Part shown: positions 45,285 to 55,506 of the stretch, piece by piece
Layout: each line of letters begins with the position of its first letter
Position numbering within the stretch: position 1 is the stretch's first letter
IMG/VR virus record: IMGVR_UViG_3300037087_000281
Length of the DNA: 64,000 nucleotides
Strand: one strand, 5' to 3'
Source of the DNA: an uncultured virus (IMG/VR IMGVR_UViG_3300037087_000281)
Taxonomy: Duplodnaviria > Heunggongvirae > Uroviricota > Caudoviricetes
Notes under the pieces: generated by a model
The model's input: only the letters and a program-made list of their open reading frames with translations
Told to the model about the DNA's origin: nothing
The model's database searches: none
Made by a program: the position numbers and the translations under genes

Positions 45285-46547
45285 TTAAGCGGCATCTTTG
45301 GACTCCCTGTGCGCGGCCACGAAGGTGGCGGCACGGTCCAGGCGTCGGTTTAGCTCCCCCCACGACTGTGGGCCATCCATGTAACCTTGGATGATATCTA
45401 CCGCCTCCGCGAGTGCCGCCTCCGCCTTCTCCCGAGCAGAATTCAGCGCGTCCATATCTTTCCGCAGTCGCGCGTTGTCTTCGATCAGCACTTCCCGTGC
45501 GGCCTTCTCGGCGGCGAGGTCAGCACGGAGTTGAACAATCTCTACTTCTGGGTGTCCTTCCCAGAAAGTGAATAACATCTCCCTCATCATGTCTGAGTGC
45601 TCATGTAGTTTATCTGCCTTCAGCCGCTCGTTCTCCACCCGCAATTCCTCCACAGCCTTTACCAATTCCGGGATTGGATAGTCTCCGGTCCCGTGGAACT
45701 GCCTGTGGGGCATGATGGCGCTAGCCAAGGCGTCCAAATTCACTCGCAGCATGAGCTTCTGAGCATCCCGGTTTACGAGTTGCCGAAGGGCTTCATCGCG
45801 CTCTGCTGTCATGGTCAGCGCGTAAGCCGCACTGCCTTCGTGGACAACAGGCTGGCAGGGGCAGGAGGTGGCGAGAGCAACATCACGCTGTTGTGCCAAT
45901 TGAAACTCTTCCCGCGCGTCCACACCGTGAAACCATTCCCACGAGTCTTCCAGCGCCTTCCTGACGGCACATTCGGGAGCATTCACCGATGGCACAAGTT
46001 GCTTCGCCGCTGCGATGCCTACCGCGTGCTCCGCATCTGTCGCGGTCTCATAGGCGTATTCATCAGACGCCCCGGCAGCCATCCTCACAGCGCACTCGGG
46101 GGGATGCACTACGGCAGCCATCGCCATTTGGCTTTGAGGTCCCAGTTCCACACGATCAATGACCACAGATATATCGTCAACAGGTCCATGAATCCCGCTA
46201 TTACCCACATCCACCACGGCATTATCATCTCCTTCTCCTTTGGCACACTCGTAGGAGACAGATGCCCCGGCAGCGTCCTGCTGTGCCGCCGGGGCATCGT
46301 TACATCCCGGCGAATGGTTGACATTTGTCGGGCATGGGGCATCACCTCCTTCCAGTTTCATCCATACATCCAATCTTTCTCTCGTGACGACGGAACGCCA
46401 CGGTTGGTGCGCCAGCAGCCAATCAAACTGCTCCACGTCCCGCCGCATCTCTTCCAATGCGACCAATGCTGCTTGGTACCGGACCGCATACCCAGTATCG
46501 AGTACATGGTTGTTGATGAATGCCATTACCTTTTGGTAGTTACTCAT
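45285..46547 (-). CDS. Hypothetical mosaic coiled-coil protein
   Basis: ATGA overlap at 46547; 420-aa ORF. Confidence 0.5.
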   Translation of the reverse strand: MSNYQKVMAFINNHVLDTGYAVRYQAALVALEEMRRDVEQFDWLLAHQPWRSVVTRERLDVWMKLEGGDAPCPTNVNHSPGCNDAPAAQQDAAGASVSYECAKGEGDDNAVVDVGNSGIHGPVDDISVVIDRVELGPQSQMAMAAVVHPPECAVRMAAGASDEYAYETATDAEHAVGIAAAKQLVPSVNAPECAVRKALEDSWEWFHGVDAREEFQLAQQRDVALATSCPCQPVVHEGSAAYALTMTAERDEALRQLVNRDAQKLMLRVNLDALASAIMPHRQFHGTGDYPIPELVKAVEELRVENERLKADKLHEHSDMMREMLFTFWEGHPEVEIVQLRADLAAEKAAREVLIEDNARLRKDMDALNSAREKAEAALAEAVDIIQGYMDGPQSWGELNRRLDRAATFVAAHRESKDAA

Positions 46548-46912
46548 TTCTTGTCTCCAAATTTTAGTGTGAGCCACTGACCGATGTAATCCGCGATGCT
46601 GTGTACGCTCGGGATGTCCGGCTTGCCTGTGAAACCTGCAGGCTCGAACTTGAGCCCTGTCAGCTTGCTGGCAATCTCTTGTATTGGAACCCCACGCTGA
46701 AAGGCTAAAGAAATGACCAGCGCCAGCGCGTGGCACAGGCCGCGCTCGAAAGACCCAGCATGATCGAATGTCAGGAAGACCTCGCCGGGAGTCTTGTCTT
46801 GGTAAAGACCTACGGTGATATAGCCTTCCAAATCCTTCTCTGGAGGTGAGCGCTTGATGTGCAGCTTGCGAGTGATGGAATCCCGCTCGACGGGCATGGG
46901 TCGTCTGTTCAT
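46544..46912 (-). CDS. TSCPD-domain protein (class II ribonucleotide reductase C-terminal-like)
   Basis: YITVGLY...PGEVF...ISLAFQRGVP...FEPAGFT...SIADYI. Confidence 0.8.
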   Translation of the reverse strand: MNRRPMPVERDSITRKLHIKRSPPEKDLEGYITVGLYQDKTPGEVFLTFDHAGSFERGLCHALALVISLAFQRGVPIQEIASKLTGLKFEPAGFTGKPDIPSVHSIADYIGQWLTLKFGDKK

Positions 46913-47274
46913 CTCTCATCCTCTTGCGGAATAGGCAAATCTTCGAACGGTGCACCTCTGCCATATGAGACGTTGACGTGATCCTTTCCTACCCACATAC
47001 AAGTTTTATAGGGAAGGAGTTCTCGACAAGTATTGCAGGCGGTCTTTGGCATCTCTACTCCTGCGGCCTCCAACGCTCCCCAAAGCAGATCTTGTGGGTC
47101 GTAATCGGTCTTGACGCAGACTTCTGGGCGAGGACGTAAGTAAGTATTCTCCTCCTCCTCAAACGCCTTTATGATTGCTGATTCCAGTGCTTTGGCAAAT
47201 CTCTCTTGAGTTGCCCGATCACGCTGTAGCTTATCTGCCCACCAGAGAGCGGCAACTTGTATCGCATTGGCCAT
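46909..47274 (-). CDS. Hypothetical protein
   Basis: AALWWAD...TDYDP...LPYKT; CCGTATAAT and AGGA upstream. Confidence 0.6.
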   Translation of the reverse strand: MANAIQVAALWWADKLQRDRATQERFAKALESAIIKAFEEEENTYLRPRPEVCVKTDYDPQDLLWGALEAAGVEMPKTACNTCRELLPYKTCMWVGKDHVNVSYGRGAPFEDLPIPQEDER

Positions 47275-47289
47275 AATTTTCCTGTTTTA

Positions 47290-47300
47290 ATTATACGGTC
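47290..47300 (-). promoter_or_regulatory. CCGTATAAT promoter motif
   Basis: GACCGTATAATTAAAACAGGAAAATTATG. Confidence 0.6.
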
Positions 47301-47386
47301 TCGTCCGGATCATACTCCACGACGATGAAGCGGTCGTCCAAGATCGGGCTGGTCGCGGAACTTCCAGAGATCACCTTTGATCAGTT

Positions 47387-47671
47387 TCATAGTTGGTTCA
47401 ACTTTAGTTGGCAGTGTTCGCAAGTCCCCTCGTAAGGATATTGCCGACACATATCAGGTCGCGTATCGTAAATCATGCATAAATGCGTTTGTGGATTCCA
47501 GTGACGGCAGGTGTAGCGATCATGATCTTCTCGATGATCGATGACTATGAGCATTTCTACGATGTCAGGTATTTCCGACAACGGAGACTGTGTTGCAAGA
47601 TCTTCCAAGTCTTTGAAACGGGAGGTTCCAACACAGAAGTCTTCACAGCACTTTCCAGTGCAGCTGCTCAT
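47387..47671 (-). CDS. YkgJ-like Cys cluster (Zn/Fe-S) protein
   Basis: CTGKCC...C...LCMIYDTRPDMCRQYPY. Confidence 0.75.
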   Translation of the reverse strand: MSSCTGKCCEDFCVGTSRFKDLEDLATQSPLSEIPDIVEMLIVIDHREDHDRYTCRHWNPQTHLCMIYDTRPDMCRQYPYEGTCEHCQLKLNQL

Positions 47672-47673
47672 AA

Positions 47674-50598
47674 TCAAATCTCCTTCACTGTCGCTATCCC
47701 GTTTCGCTTCTCTACCTGCCACTCTCGGTCCGGAGAGACCTCACCTAGAATATACGGATTGTGTGAAATCAAAACGCAGTGCTTAAACCTATCTGTCACC
47801 TTTGACAACCCCTTTGCGAAGGCAGCCGCATTGACAGAGTCCAATCCTTCCGCTGGCTCGTCCAAAATCAGGGCGTTCGCGGGCGACATCGTATCCATGA
47901 ACGCGAAGACCGTGATGATTGCCGCCATTCGGCTTTCCCCCGCGCTCTGATCCCGGAAGCTCTCGCCACCACCCTCGTTGTGGATCTTGGGCAAGTCTAT
48001 CTCCCCGCCGGACATCTCAAACGAGACCCCGATCTTGCCGTCGGAGAAGATCTCCGAGTACCTCTGGGCGGCAGAGTTCAGGGCGGGAGCCGTCGCCGAG
48101 GCCAGGAACGCAGGCAGGCCATCCCTCCCGACGGCAGACAAGCAAGCCTCGACGAACCGCTGCTCGTAGATGCAAGCCAGTCGCGCCCGCTCGTGAACGC
48201 TCTTGGTCCGTTGTAGGGTCTTGACTCGCGCCTGCTTGGAGTTCAAAATGCCTTCCAGTCGCTGGCGGGAATCCAGTTGCTCCCGTAACTGATTCCACTC
48301 GGTCATCAACGCGGAGTGCTTCTTTACCGCCGTCTCCCACTCCCTCTGCCGCATGTGCCGTTGCTCGGACTTCGCCTGGCGTTCATCTCGGTTGGTGTCT
48401 TTCTTCGCGTCGTAACTTTCCAGTTCTAATTCCAGCGCGTCGATCTGAGTAGACAGCTGCTTGACGTTCTTCTCCAACCGCGCTACGTCCACGCGAGTTC
48501 CGCACGTGGGGCAGTCTCCTTGGAGCCCCGACAGTTCCTTCCGGCGGTCGATCAGGTGGTTCATGCGAACTTCCAAGTCCGTGGCCTTGAACAGCAACTT
48601 CTCGAACGCCTTCTGATTCTCGTCCATCCAAGCGCCGATGCTGTCGATGGCCTTCTGCGCGTTGTTCTTGGCCGTGGCCTGCTCCAGCATCTCGCGCTCT
48701 TTACTCGTGATGTCCTTCGGTGAAACTTTAGCAGAGGAGGCCAATGCCTCTACTATCTCCAGAGTTCCCGATGACGCTTCGATAAGAGCAGAGTCAGAGT
48801 AGGAGACATCCATCTCCACTTCCTCCACCGCTCGCTTGCACCTCAGCAACGCCTTGCGGATCTTGGCCTCGGCCTCGATGAACCGTTCTAGGCCGAGCAG
48901 TCGCGAGAACAGCTCCTTGCGCTCCTTGTCGGTGCCGAATACAGACCCAATGTCCCGCTGCCCGACGTATACGGCGTTGGTCAGCACGCTCCAGGTTAAC
49001 CCGGTCAATCTCTCGACTGCTGCCTGCGTCGCGTTGGCGTCCCCCATCGAGATCTCTTTGTCGTCGAGGTAAGCGCGAAAGTTGTTCGGTCGGCGGCCCC
49101 TCACGACCCGGAGCTTTCTTCCGCCGGCCAACGTGAGATGGGTCTCTACCTTGGCGGCTGCCTCGGTTCCCTGCCGCGCCCACCCATCGAAGGTCTGCCC
49201 CTTGAACGTACGACCGAACAGCGCCAAAAAGGGCAACGTCGTCAAACTCGATTTTCCCGCGCCGTTGCTGCCCGGCCAATCATGATTAGTTCCCGTGACG
49301 AGAGTCAGCCCTCGCTGGTCGAAATCCAGCTCAGCTTTCTCGAAGCAGAGGACGTTGGCCGCGGAAACTTTTCCCAGCGTGATGCCTTGGAGCCCGACCC
49401 CGCCCCCCGACGGCAGGTGCTTGCGGATGAACGCTTCCATCTGCTCGATGGTCGTCTCTTCCGGGAGCTCGACTTTCTCCAAGTACCGCCGGAGTATCGC
49501 CGCGTCTCCGCCCTTGATGTCGACCTGTTCGACGGCCGCGGCGCGTTGAATCTCGGGGACGAGGACGAGGTCGGCCCCCTCGTACTTCTTCTCCAGCCGG
49601 GCGCGAGCAGCCTTTAGTTCCATCACCTGGTCAGAGACGATCGGAACCCGCACTCGGACGCGAGTTCCCTTCCACCCGGTTTTCGGAACGAAGAAGTTGG
49701 GGGCGTCTGGATCGAACAGTCCGGGCACGACCGATGGAACCCATGAGAGCTGAATCTTGGCGGCGGCAGCCTTCTCATTGATGGACGCGACCATCAGCTC
49801 CTTCACCTCGTTGACTTCTCCCCATGAGGTCGAAAAGGGCGATCCAGGGTAAATGACTGCCCCGGAGAAGCCATAGGATGCCCTTTCTTGCGCGTTTAGA
49901 GCCCCTAGGACGCGTTTCTGGCCGTCGGCTGGGGCTTTCCTACTCCCCGGACTGGCGGAGGGCTTAAAAACGATTTGAGGGCGGTGAATGTGGCCCGAGA
50001 CGCAGAGGTCGTAGGTGTCGGTTCCGACTTCATCTAGCGTCAAGCCGGTTCCCTTGGAATATGCGTTGCGCTCGCAGCCGGTGACTTCGTTGTGGAAGGC
50101 AAGGATCTTGACGCTAGGTTTGCCGCCTTCGACAAGTTTGTGGGATCTGGCATCGGCGGCAGCTTCCGCGAACGCTTTCTTCTGCCGCACGGGGTCTCGA
50201 AAGTAAGGAACCATCCAGATGAGGCCACCGGGGAATCCAAGACCGGACCGCTGCCAGTCGTCGTCGGCTATTCGTACATAGGAGTTCTCTTTCCCCGATA
50301 TCTCCACCACTGGAATGCAGGAGGGAGTCCCATCGTGTACGCCAATGCTATCGTGGTTCCCGCGGACGAAATAGAAGTCGGCTTCGGCCGATATTCGCTG
50401 GACCATCTCGATCAAAAAGTTGGTGACTCGCTGATCTACCAAAGCGCTCTGCGTATCTTTTGCGTCTCCGAGGAAGACCACGGCTTTCCGCTCGTTCTTC
50501 CAAGAATTCAACTTCGCGACGATCTGATCGACGACTTGCTGGCACTTCAGGAGGTTGTCGACGCGCGCCTGGAAATCGCCTGTGAAGAGTATTCGCAA
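47674..50598 (-). CDS. Fused Mre11/SbcD nuclease-Rad50/SbcC ATPase
   Basis: GD, GNHD, GHIH phosphoesterase motifs; NGAGKSS Walker A; CPTC hook; SAGE signature; LILDE Walker B. Confidence 0.9.
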   Translation of the reverse strand: MRILFTGDFQARVDNLLKCQQVVDQIVAKLNSWKNERKAVVFLGDAKDTQSALVDQRVTNFLIEMVQRISAEADFYFVRGNHDSIGVHDGTPSCIPVVEISGKENSYVRIADDDWQRSGLGFPGGLIWMVPYFRDPVRQKKAFAEAAADARSHKLVEGGKPSVKILAFHNEVTGCERNAYSKGTGLTLDEVGTDTYDLCVSGHIHRPQIVFKPSASPGSRKAPADGQKRVLGALNAQERASYGFSGAVIYPGSPFSTSWGEVNEVKELMVASINEKAAAAKIQLSWVPSVVPGLFDPDAPNFFVPKTGWKGTRVRVRVPIVSDQVMELKAARARLEKKYEGADLVLVPEIQRAAAVEQVDIKGGDAAILRRYLEKVELPEETTIEQMEAFIRKHLPSGGGVGLQGITLGKVSAANVLCFEKAELDFDQRGLTLVTGTNHDWPGSNGAGKSSLTTLPFLALFGRTFKGQTFDGWARQGTEAAAKVETHLTLAGGRKLRVVRGRRPNNFRAYLDDKEISMGDANATQAAVERLTGLTWSVLTNAVYVGQRDIGSVFGTDKERKELFSRLLGLERFIEAEAKIRKALLRCKRAVEEVEMDVSYSDSALIEASSGTLEIVEALASSAKVSPKDITSKEREMLEQATAKNNAQKAIDSIGAWMDENQKAFEKLLFKATDLEVRMNHLIDRRKELSGLQGDCPTCGTRVDVARLEKNVKQLSTQIDALELELESYDAKKDTNRDERQAKSEQRHMRQREWETAVKKHSALMTEWNQLREQLDSRQRLEGILNSKQARVKTLQRTKSVHERARLACIYEQRFVEACLSAVGRDGLPAFLASATAPALNSAAQRYSEIFSDGKIGVSFEMSGGEIDLPKIHNEGGGESFRDQSAGESRMAAIITVFAFMDTMSPANALILDEPAEGLDSVNAAAFAKGLSKVTDRFKHCVLISHNPYILGEVSPDREWQVEKRNGIATVKEI
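49873..49968 (-). repeat. Fixed-spacing dispersed element, copy 4
   Basis: Same blocks at +56, +78, +90, inside the nuclease gene. Confidence 0.7.
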
Positions 50599-50602
50599 AG
50601 GT

Positions 50603-50989
50603 TTATTCCTCGATTTTCAATCCACTAAGCGCCTCGGCGAGGTCGGCCATCTTCTCGCAGAGATCTTTCCAATGATTCATGGTTTCCGGTGAGAATCGCA
50701 AATCCTCAAGGTTTGGAGCATATAGGAACTTCTCAACTGCCTCCGCCGCCGCAAAGCAAATCTTGAGCATCTTTATCTCCGGCCGCTTCTCGCATTGGAC
50801 GATGTGCTTCAGCAGAGCTGCGTTCCTGGCGTCCACGCTCATGCCCGCGCAGTCGGTGACATGCCCGCAATAGGAGCAAGTGACGGTAGAGCATGCTTCG
50901 ATTACCCGCTGTTCGATGAGCGTCCTCCACTTCCGTCGCGGGGTGTGAAGGAGTTCTTTGACTAGCCATTCGGAGTAGTGTATATTCAT
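50603..50989 (-). CDS. Hypothetical protein with CxxC...HxxxC zinc motif
   Basis: TCSYCG...LKHIVQCEKRP. Confidence 0.55.
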   Translation of the reverse strand: MNIHYSEWLVKELLHTPRRKWRTLIEQRVIEACSTVTCSYCGHVTDCAGMSVDARNAALLKHIVQCEKRPEIKMLKICFAAAEAVEKFLYAPNLEDLRFSPETMNHWKDLCEKMADLAEALSGLKIEE

Positions 50990-51345
50990 TTCCTCTTGGG
51001 GATTCTCTTTGGCAACGCTGCTGGGGATACGATGAGCTGCCCGTTGGCGTCATCCCAAACGCACTGGTGAGCGGCACCGTCATCGTACAGTGCGCTCCGG
51101 TGCGAGAAGGTAACGCGAGGTTGCCAGCAGCTCTCGCTCTGCTCGTGCAGGCTCACGACCGCGACGCAGTTGGGGATCTCTAGCGGCTTGAGCGAGATGA
51201 TCCCAGTACCAGGTTCTTCCAATATTGCGACCTTGTTGGCTCCGTTCTGCCGTAGTAGCTTCACCGCTTCCGCGTTGAGCAGGAGGAAGCGGGAGTTACG
51301 CCCGGAGACCTTGGCGGTGGGGAAACTGTGAGCCGGAGTGTTCAT
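50986..51345 (-). CDS. Hypothetical protein
   Basis: AAGGTG SD; ATGA coupling with next gene. Confidence 0.5.
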   Translation of the reverse strand: MNTPAHSFPTAKVSGRNSRFLLLNAEAVKLLRQNGANKVAILEEPGTGIISLKPLEIPNCVAVVSLHEQSESCWQPRVTFSHRSALYDDGAAHQCVWDDANGQLIVSPAALPKRIPKRK

Positions 51346-51450
51346 TTGTACTTCACCTTTAAGCTCTTCGACTTCTTTGACGAATCGAGGTACACTCCGT
51401 GATCTTCTGCGTCTTTAGTTGCTTCATTGGCCGCCTTATCTCTTTCAAAG

Positions 51451-51927
51451 TCATCTTCGTTTCCTTGGTGGGCGGTTGTCGTACTTCAGCCAGCGGTCCA
51501 GCGACGGCGCCAAGTTGCCGGCCTCCACCCTGATCTCGGCACGACGAAGCATGGAGGTCAGGAAAGACCTCTCGGCCAACGAGTTCCACTCGACAACCCC
51601 ACGAGACACCTTGGTCACCCGCACGTCGGCCCCGACCTCCAACAGCCCCCACCATGCGGGAACGTCCAGTCGGGAGAGCAAGCCCTTAGGGGTCATGAAG
51701 TACCGCCGCTGGCCCATCCCCGAAATCGGATTTTGTCGAAAATATTTTCGAGCGTCAGATTTGAAGTCCAGAACGGTGGCCTTGCACTCGATCACGCAGG
51801 AGCGCTCGCCCTTGAACCCGATGGCGTCAGGGATCTCACCGACCTCGGTAGAGAACTCGGTGAAGACCACGTAATCCCTTGACCGGAGCCACTTGGCCGC
51901 GTGTTGAACGAGTTCAGAGTGAGTCAT
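51451..51927 (-). CDS. PD-(D/E)XK nuclease-like protein
   Basis: GEIPDAIGF...VIECKAT...DF...GMGQRRYF. Confidence 0.7.
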   Translation of the reverse strand: MTHSELVQHAAKWLRSRDYVVFTEFSTEVGEIPDAIGFKGERSCVIECKATVLDFKSDARKYFRQNPISGMGQRRYFMTPKGLLSRLDVPAWWGLLEVGADVRVTKVSRGVVEWNSLAERSFLTSMLRRAEIRVEAGNLAPSLDRWLKYDNRPPRKRR

Positions 51928-52095
51928 ATATCCCAAAAGTATCTCGATGATACTCGATAAAACCACACAACACACAAGTTCTGTGCTGAATAATGTAGTT
52001 ACCCTTCACTCGCTTTATTCCGTCTTCATCGACTCTGGTAATGGTACCTTCCTCTTTGATTGACCAAGCTCCCCAGGTATGCCTCCAAAAGCAAA

Positions 52096-53088
52096 TCATC
52101 TTCCTACTCCTTGATATCGTTTAGTTACCTTCCACAAAACGGCCCACAACCACACCATCATCGTCGAATCTTCCAGCGGCGGTGCGCAGAGTTCCAGGAG
52201 CGAGGTCGCCGCACGATCTCCTCCCGAGCCAGTTCCTTCGCGCTCCAAGACCCCTCGAAGCCAACCGGAGCACGACGCGCGTATCCACCTAGCCTGATCC
52301 GACGATGCGTTCTTGAGGGCGGCCGCGACGGTCTTCCATTGCCCGGAAGTCATCGCCTTGCAGACCCGTAGGGAGTCGATTCCAGATTCATCGGTTCCCG
52401 CCACGGCCTCCACGGCAGACAGCCCCGACGCGTACTTCTCCAGCGCCATCAGGAGGTCTCTCGGCGCGGCGATCTGCATCAGGTGGCACTGCTCGAACAG
52501 CGGAGCCAGAGAAAGCGTGATTTTAGCCCGCGCCGCTTGCCTGGTCAGAAACGTCTCGCTGGCGTCGAAGCCCAGGAGCTTCATCTGATAAGTCACGCAC
52601 CGCTTGCGAAGCGTCGGCAAAATCTTCTGAGGCGCGGTTGTGCAAAAGATCCAAATGAGATGCGCTGGAGGTTTCTCCGTGGGGTCGAGAAGCAAGTCTT
52701 GTGCGTTCCCCGAAAGACGTTGGCACTCGTTGAGGATTATCACGCGCTTGCCCTCGCCGATGGGTTTGTAGCGCGATATTTCGACGATCTTCCTGACATC
52801 TTCCACGCCGGTCTGATCGCTGGCATTGGTTTCGTGAATGGCGAACTCCAGCTTGCGCTTCCAGCACTCGTCGCACGGATCTCCCCACACGGTCATGTGA
52901 GTGCACTGAAAGGTTATAGCCAAGATGTTGGCGATGGTTGTCTTCCCACATCCGCTGGGTCCCGTGAACATCCAAGAGGCCGGCTGCCGGAATACCATCT
53001 GCTTGCGGATGGCGGCGACCGTGGACTCTTGCCCGCAGAGAGCTGAGAGGGAACGAGGCCGCAACGCGAGGCTAAGTATCTTCGCCAT
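52096..53088 (-). CDS. Clamp loader, DnaX (gamma/tau)-like AAA+ protein
   Basis: LRP...GPSGCGKTT; C...PCDEC; NAS...GVEDVR; ILPTLRKRC. Confidence 0.85.
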   Translation of the reverse strand: MAKILSLALRPRSLSALCGQESTVAAIRKQMVFRQPASWMFTGPSGCGKTTIANILAITFQCTHMTVWGDPCDECWKRKLEFAIHETNASDQTGVEDVRKIVEISRYKPIGEGKRVIILNECQRLSGNAQDLLLDPTEKPPAHLIWIFCTTAPQKILPTLRKRCVTYQMKLLGFDASETFLTRQAARAKITLSLAPLFEQCHLMQIAAPRDLLMALEKYASGLSAVEAVAGTDESGIDSLRVCKAMTSGQWKTVAAALKNASSDQARWIRASCSGWLRGVLEREGTGSGGDRAATSLLELCAPPLEDSTMMVWLWAVLWKVTKRYQGVGR

Positions 53089-53285
53089 TTAAGCATCTTC
53101 CTCGATGACGATTCCTTGCAGTTTCTTGAACTCGTCCGCTCGCAAGGAGATGATCTTGATCTTGGGCTCGCGGGCGTCGTCGAAGATTTTTATGAAGGTA
53201 AGGTTGACCCATACCTCCGAGCTCGTGTGATCTTTTTTGGTTTGAACGGTCATGATTCGGCCGTCGTTAAGTTGGATCATTTGCA

Positions 53286-54206
53286 TCATTCCTCACCCCC
53301 GTCTCCGTCCTTCTTGTACGCAACGTCCTTCGCAGGCACGAACTCCAGCACGCCCTTGAGCAAGCGGTAGCCGATCTCAGCCCCCTCCTCCCCGCCGCAC
53401 TTGTTCTTCGTCGCCTTCAAGATTCCCTGAATGCCGACGTTCTTTCCGCCGTCCTTGCAGAACCCCGTTCGCTTCGCGCGGAGCCTGACCTGGCAATAGA
53501 AGCGCGGAGCGTTTCCGCCTGGACTATACCAAGGCGAACCCATCTTCACTCCCGGCTTTTGCCGCATCTGGTTGATGAAGATGAACGTCGTGTTGTAGCT
53601 CTGCGCGCAGGCCATCCATCGACGCATCAGTCGGCCGACGAACATCGGAAGGTCCATGTTAGTGCGCATGTTTGAGTTCTCGATGCCGGCGTCGCCCTCG
53701 CCCTCCGTCAGCAGCGACGCGACGGAGTCGATGACCCCAATCTGCTTCGCGGCGATCTTCTTGCTAATCGGACTCTTGATGACGGCCTCGATCTCGGCGC
53801 AGAGTTCCTGTGCGGTCGAGAGTCGTGGACTCTTCTCTTGGTGGGTCTTCCCGGTTTTCTTGTCGACGTAGCTGAACTGTCCGACGTACGGCTGAATGAG
53901 CTCCACCTTGTCGGGGTTGAGCCCGCGAGCCCTCGCCCACTTCTCGTCCCACGAGTTCTCCAAGTCTCCCCACACGACGCGCGCTCCTCCGACTTGCGCG
54001 AGCGCCGACAAGGACAGCGCGATGGCCGTCTTCCCGTGGCTCTCCATCCCCGTGATCTCGATCATGGTCCCGTATGGGATGCCAAAATCAGCGTGTCCGA
54101 TGACGCGGTTCAGGTCGGGGAGACCGGTGTCGAGGTACGCGCGAGGCCGCCACGCCATCGCGAGGTGTCCCAGTTTCTTCCGGATCGCGTCTAGTTCTTT
54201 TCCCAT
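53286..54206 (-). CDS. recA: RecA-like recombinase
   Basis: GIPYGTMIEITGMESHGKT; IDSVA; IFINQMR; PGGNAPRFY; KNK. Confidence 0.9.
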   Translation of the reverse strand: MGKELDAIRKKLGHLAMAWRPRAYLDTGLPDLNRVIGHADFGIPYGTMIEITGMESHGKTAIALSLSALAQVGGARVVWGDLENSWDEKWARARGLNPDKVELIQPYVGQFSYVDKKTGKTHQEKSPRLSTAQELCAEIEAVIKSPISKKIAAKQIGVIDSVASLLTEGEGDAGIENSNMRTNMDLPMFVGRLMRRWMACAQSYNTTFIFINQMRQKPGVKMGSPWYSPGGNAPRFYCQVRLRAKRTGFCKDGGKNVGIQGILKATKNKCGGEEGAEIGYRLLKGVLEFVPAKDVAYKKDGDGGEE

Positions 54207-54221
54207 TAGTTTTGATTTTCT

Positions 54222-54262
54222 CGAAAAGAAAAAGGGGCTGCCGCCGAAGCAGCGACCCCTTC
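54222..54262 (-). terminator. Intrinsic terminator after SSB gene
   Basis: AAGGGGTCGCTGC-TTCG-GCGGCAGCCCCTT followed by TTTCTTTT. Confidence 0.7.
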
Positions 54263-54268
54263 GTTGGT

Positions 54269-55306
54269 CTAGCGTTTTTTGACGGGCGCGGCAACCTTCT
54301 TGGCAGGCGGCGCGACCTTCTTGGCGGGAGCCGGAGCCGTCTTGCGGGCGGGCCTCACCGGCTCGGATTCCTCTTCGACCTCCTCGACTTCTTCTTCAAC
54401 CTCCTCCTCTTCGGGTTCTTCCTCCGGCTCGTCGGCCGGTTCCTCTTCCTCAGCTTCCTCCGGTTCCTCCTCGTCGGCGGGGGTTTCCTCCTCCGGCTCG
54501 TCCTCGGCTGCCTCGGACTCTTCCTCCTCTGTCTCCTCAGGCTCCGGCTCGTCTTCCGGCGCGGGCTTCGCGCCTCGGCGGCGAGGAGCCTCGTCGCGCT
54601 CTGCGTCCTCTTTCTTCGGCCGTCCGTAGTACGCGCTCTTCTGGTCCTCCGCGTCGTAGGCGGGGACGACGGAGTCGAGGTCCTTCACGGCCGCGAGGAC
54701 CGACGCCGGCACCTTGCTCGGGGTCTCGTCGCCCTCGACCTCGGTGTACCGGGTCTGGAGCATCTGGCCGGTGCGCTCGATGTTGATGTTGTAACCCTTG
54801 ACGGGGTCCACATAGTCCTTCTTGCTGCTGGCGATCTTGCTGTAGACGCGGACGGCCAGGGATTGCCCCTGCTTGCCGGGGATGCCGCTACCGGTGGAGA
54901 CCCACCACGGCTTCGGCCCGCCGAACTTCTGCGTGTCGGTGTCGAACTTGGATGCGTGGACGACGAACTGCTCCGCCGCCCGGATCTCGTTGGCCTGGGC
55001 GCGCTTCGCTGAGCTCCCGCTGCCCTCCAGTTCGGGAATCTTCACGTCGCACAGCCAGCACTTGCCCCTGCCCTCGATGTCCTTCCCGCAGCCGCACATC
55101 GCCTTGTCGGGTCCGACGTTCCGGTGGACGCGGAACTCGCGATAGGGCGGGTTCACGATCCCCTTCGGGTTGACCTTGCCCTCCGGGGTCAGGTCCTTCT
55201 TGTCCGGGAGGACGCGGAGGCAATTGCTGCCCTCCAGTATCTTGATGCTCGTTCCCTCCGATTTTTGTTTGACGCGATCTCGTGCGCCGCTTCTCCAGTC
55301 GCCCAT
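54269..55306 (-). CDS. Single-stranded DNA binding protein (gp32-like) with long acidic tail
   Basis: GSNCLRVLP; C...CWLC; DPVKGYNINIERTG; Glu-rich C-terminus; adjacent to recA. Confidence 0.7.
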   Translation of the reverse strand: MGDWRSGARDRVKQKSEGTSIKILEGSNCLRVLPDKKDLTPEGKVNPKGIVNPPYREFRVHRNVGPDKAMCGCGKDIEGRGKCWLCDVKIPELEGSGSSAKRAQANEIRAAEQFVVHASKFDTDTQKFGGPKPWWVSTGSGIPGKQGQSLAVRVYSKIASSKKDYVDPVKGYNINIERTGQMLQTRYTEVEGDETPSKVPASVLAAVKDLDSVVPAYDAEDQKSAYYGRPKKEDAERDEAPRRRGAKPAPEDEPEPEETEEEESEAAEDEPEEETPADEEEPEEAEEEEPADEPEEEPEEEEVEEEVEEVEEESEPVRPARKTAPAPAKKVAPPAKKVAAPVKKR

Positions 55307-55350
55307 AAACGATTTCTCCTTTGTCGAACTTTTTGGTTTGAAATTGAACT

Positions 55351-55506
55351 CTACTCGTCCGCGTCGCGCGCGCCCATCAACTCCTTCAGGTGCGCGCGCT
55401 TCTCCTTGAAGTACGCCTTGATGCCCGCCCGGACGACGCCGAGGGCGAGGCACGAGACCAGCAGCGCCGCGAGCAGCCAGGCGAAGATCATCCAGAGCGC
55501 GCTCAT
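55351..55506 (-). CDS. Small membrane protein (51 aa)
   Basis: MSALWMIFAWLLAALLVSCLALGVV... Confidence 0.5.
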   Translation of the reverse strand: MSALWMIFAWLLAALLVSCLALGVVRAGIKAYFKEKRAHLKELMGARDADE

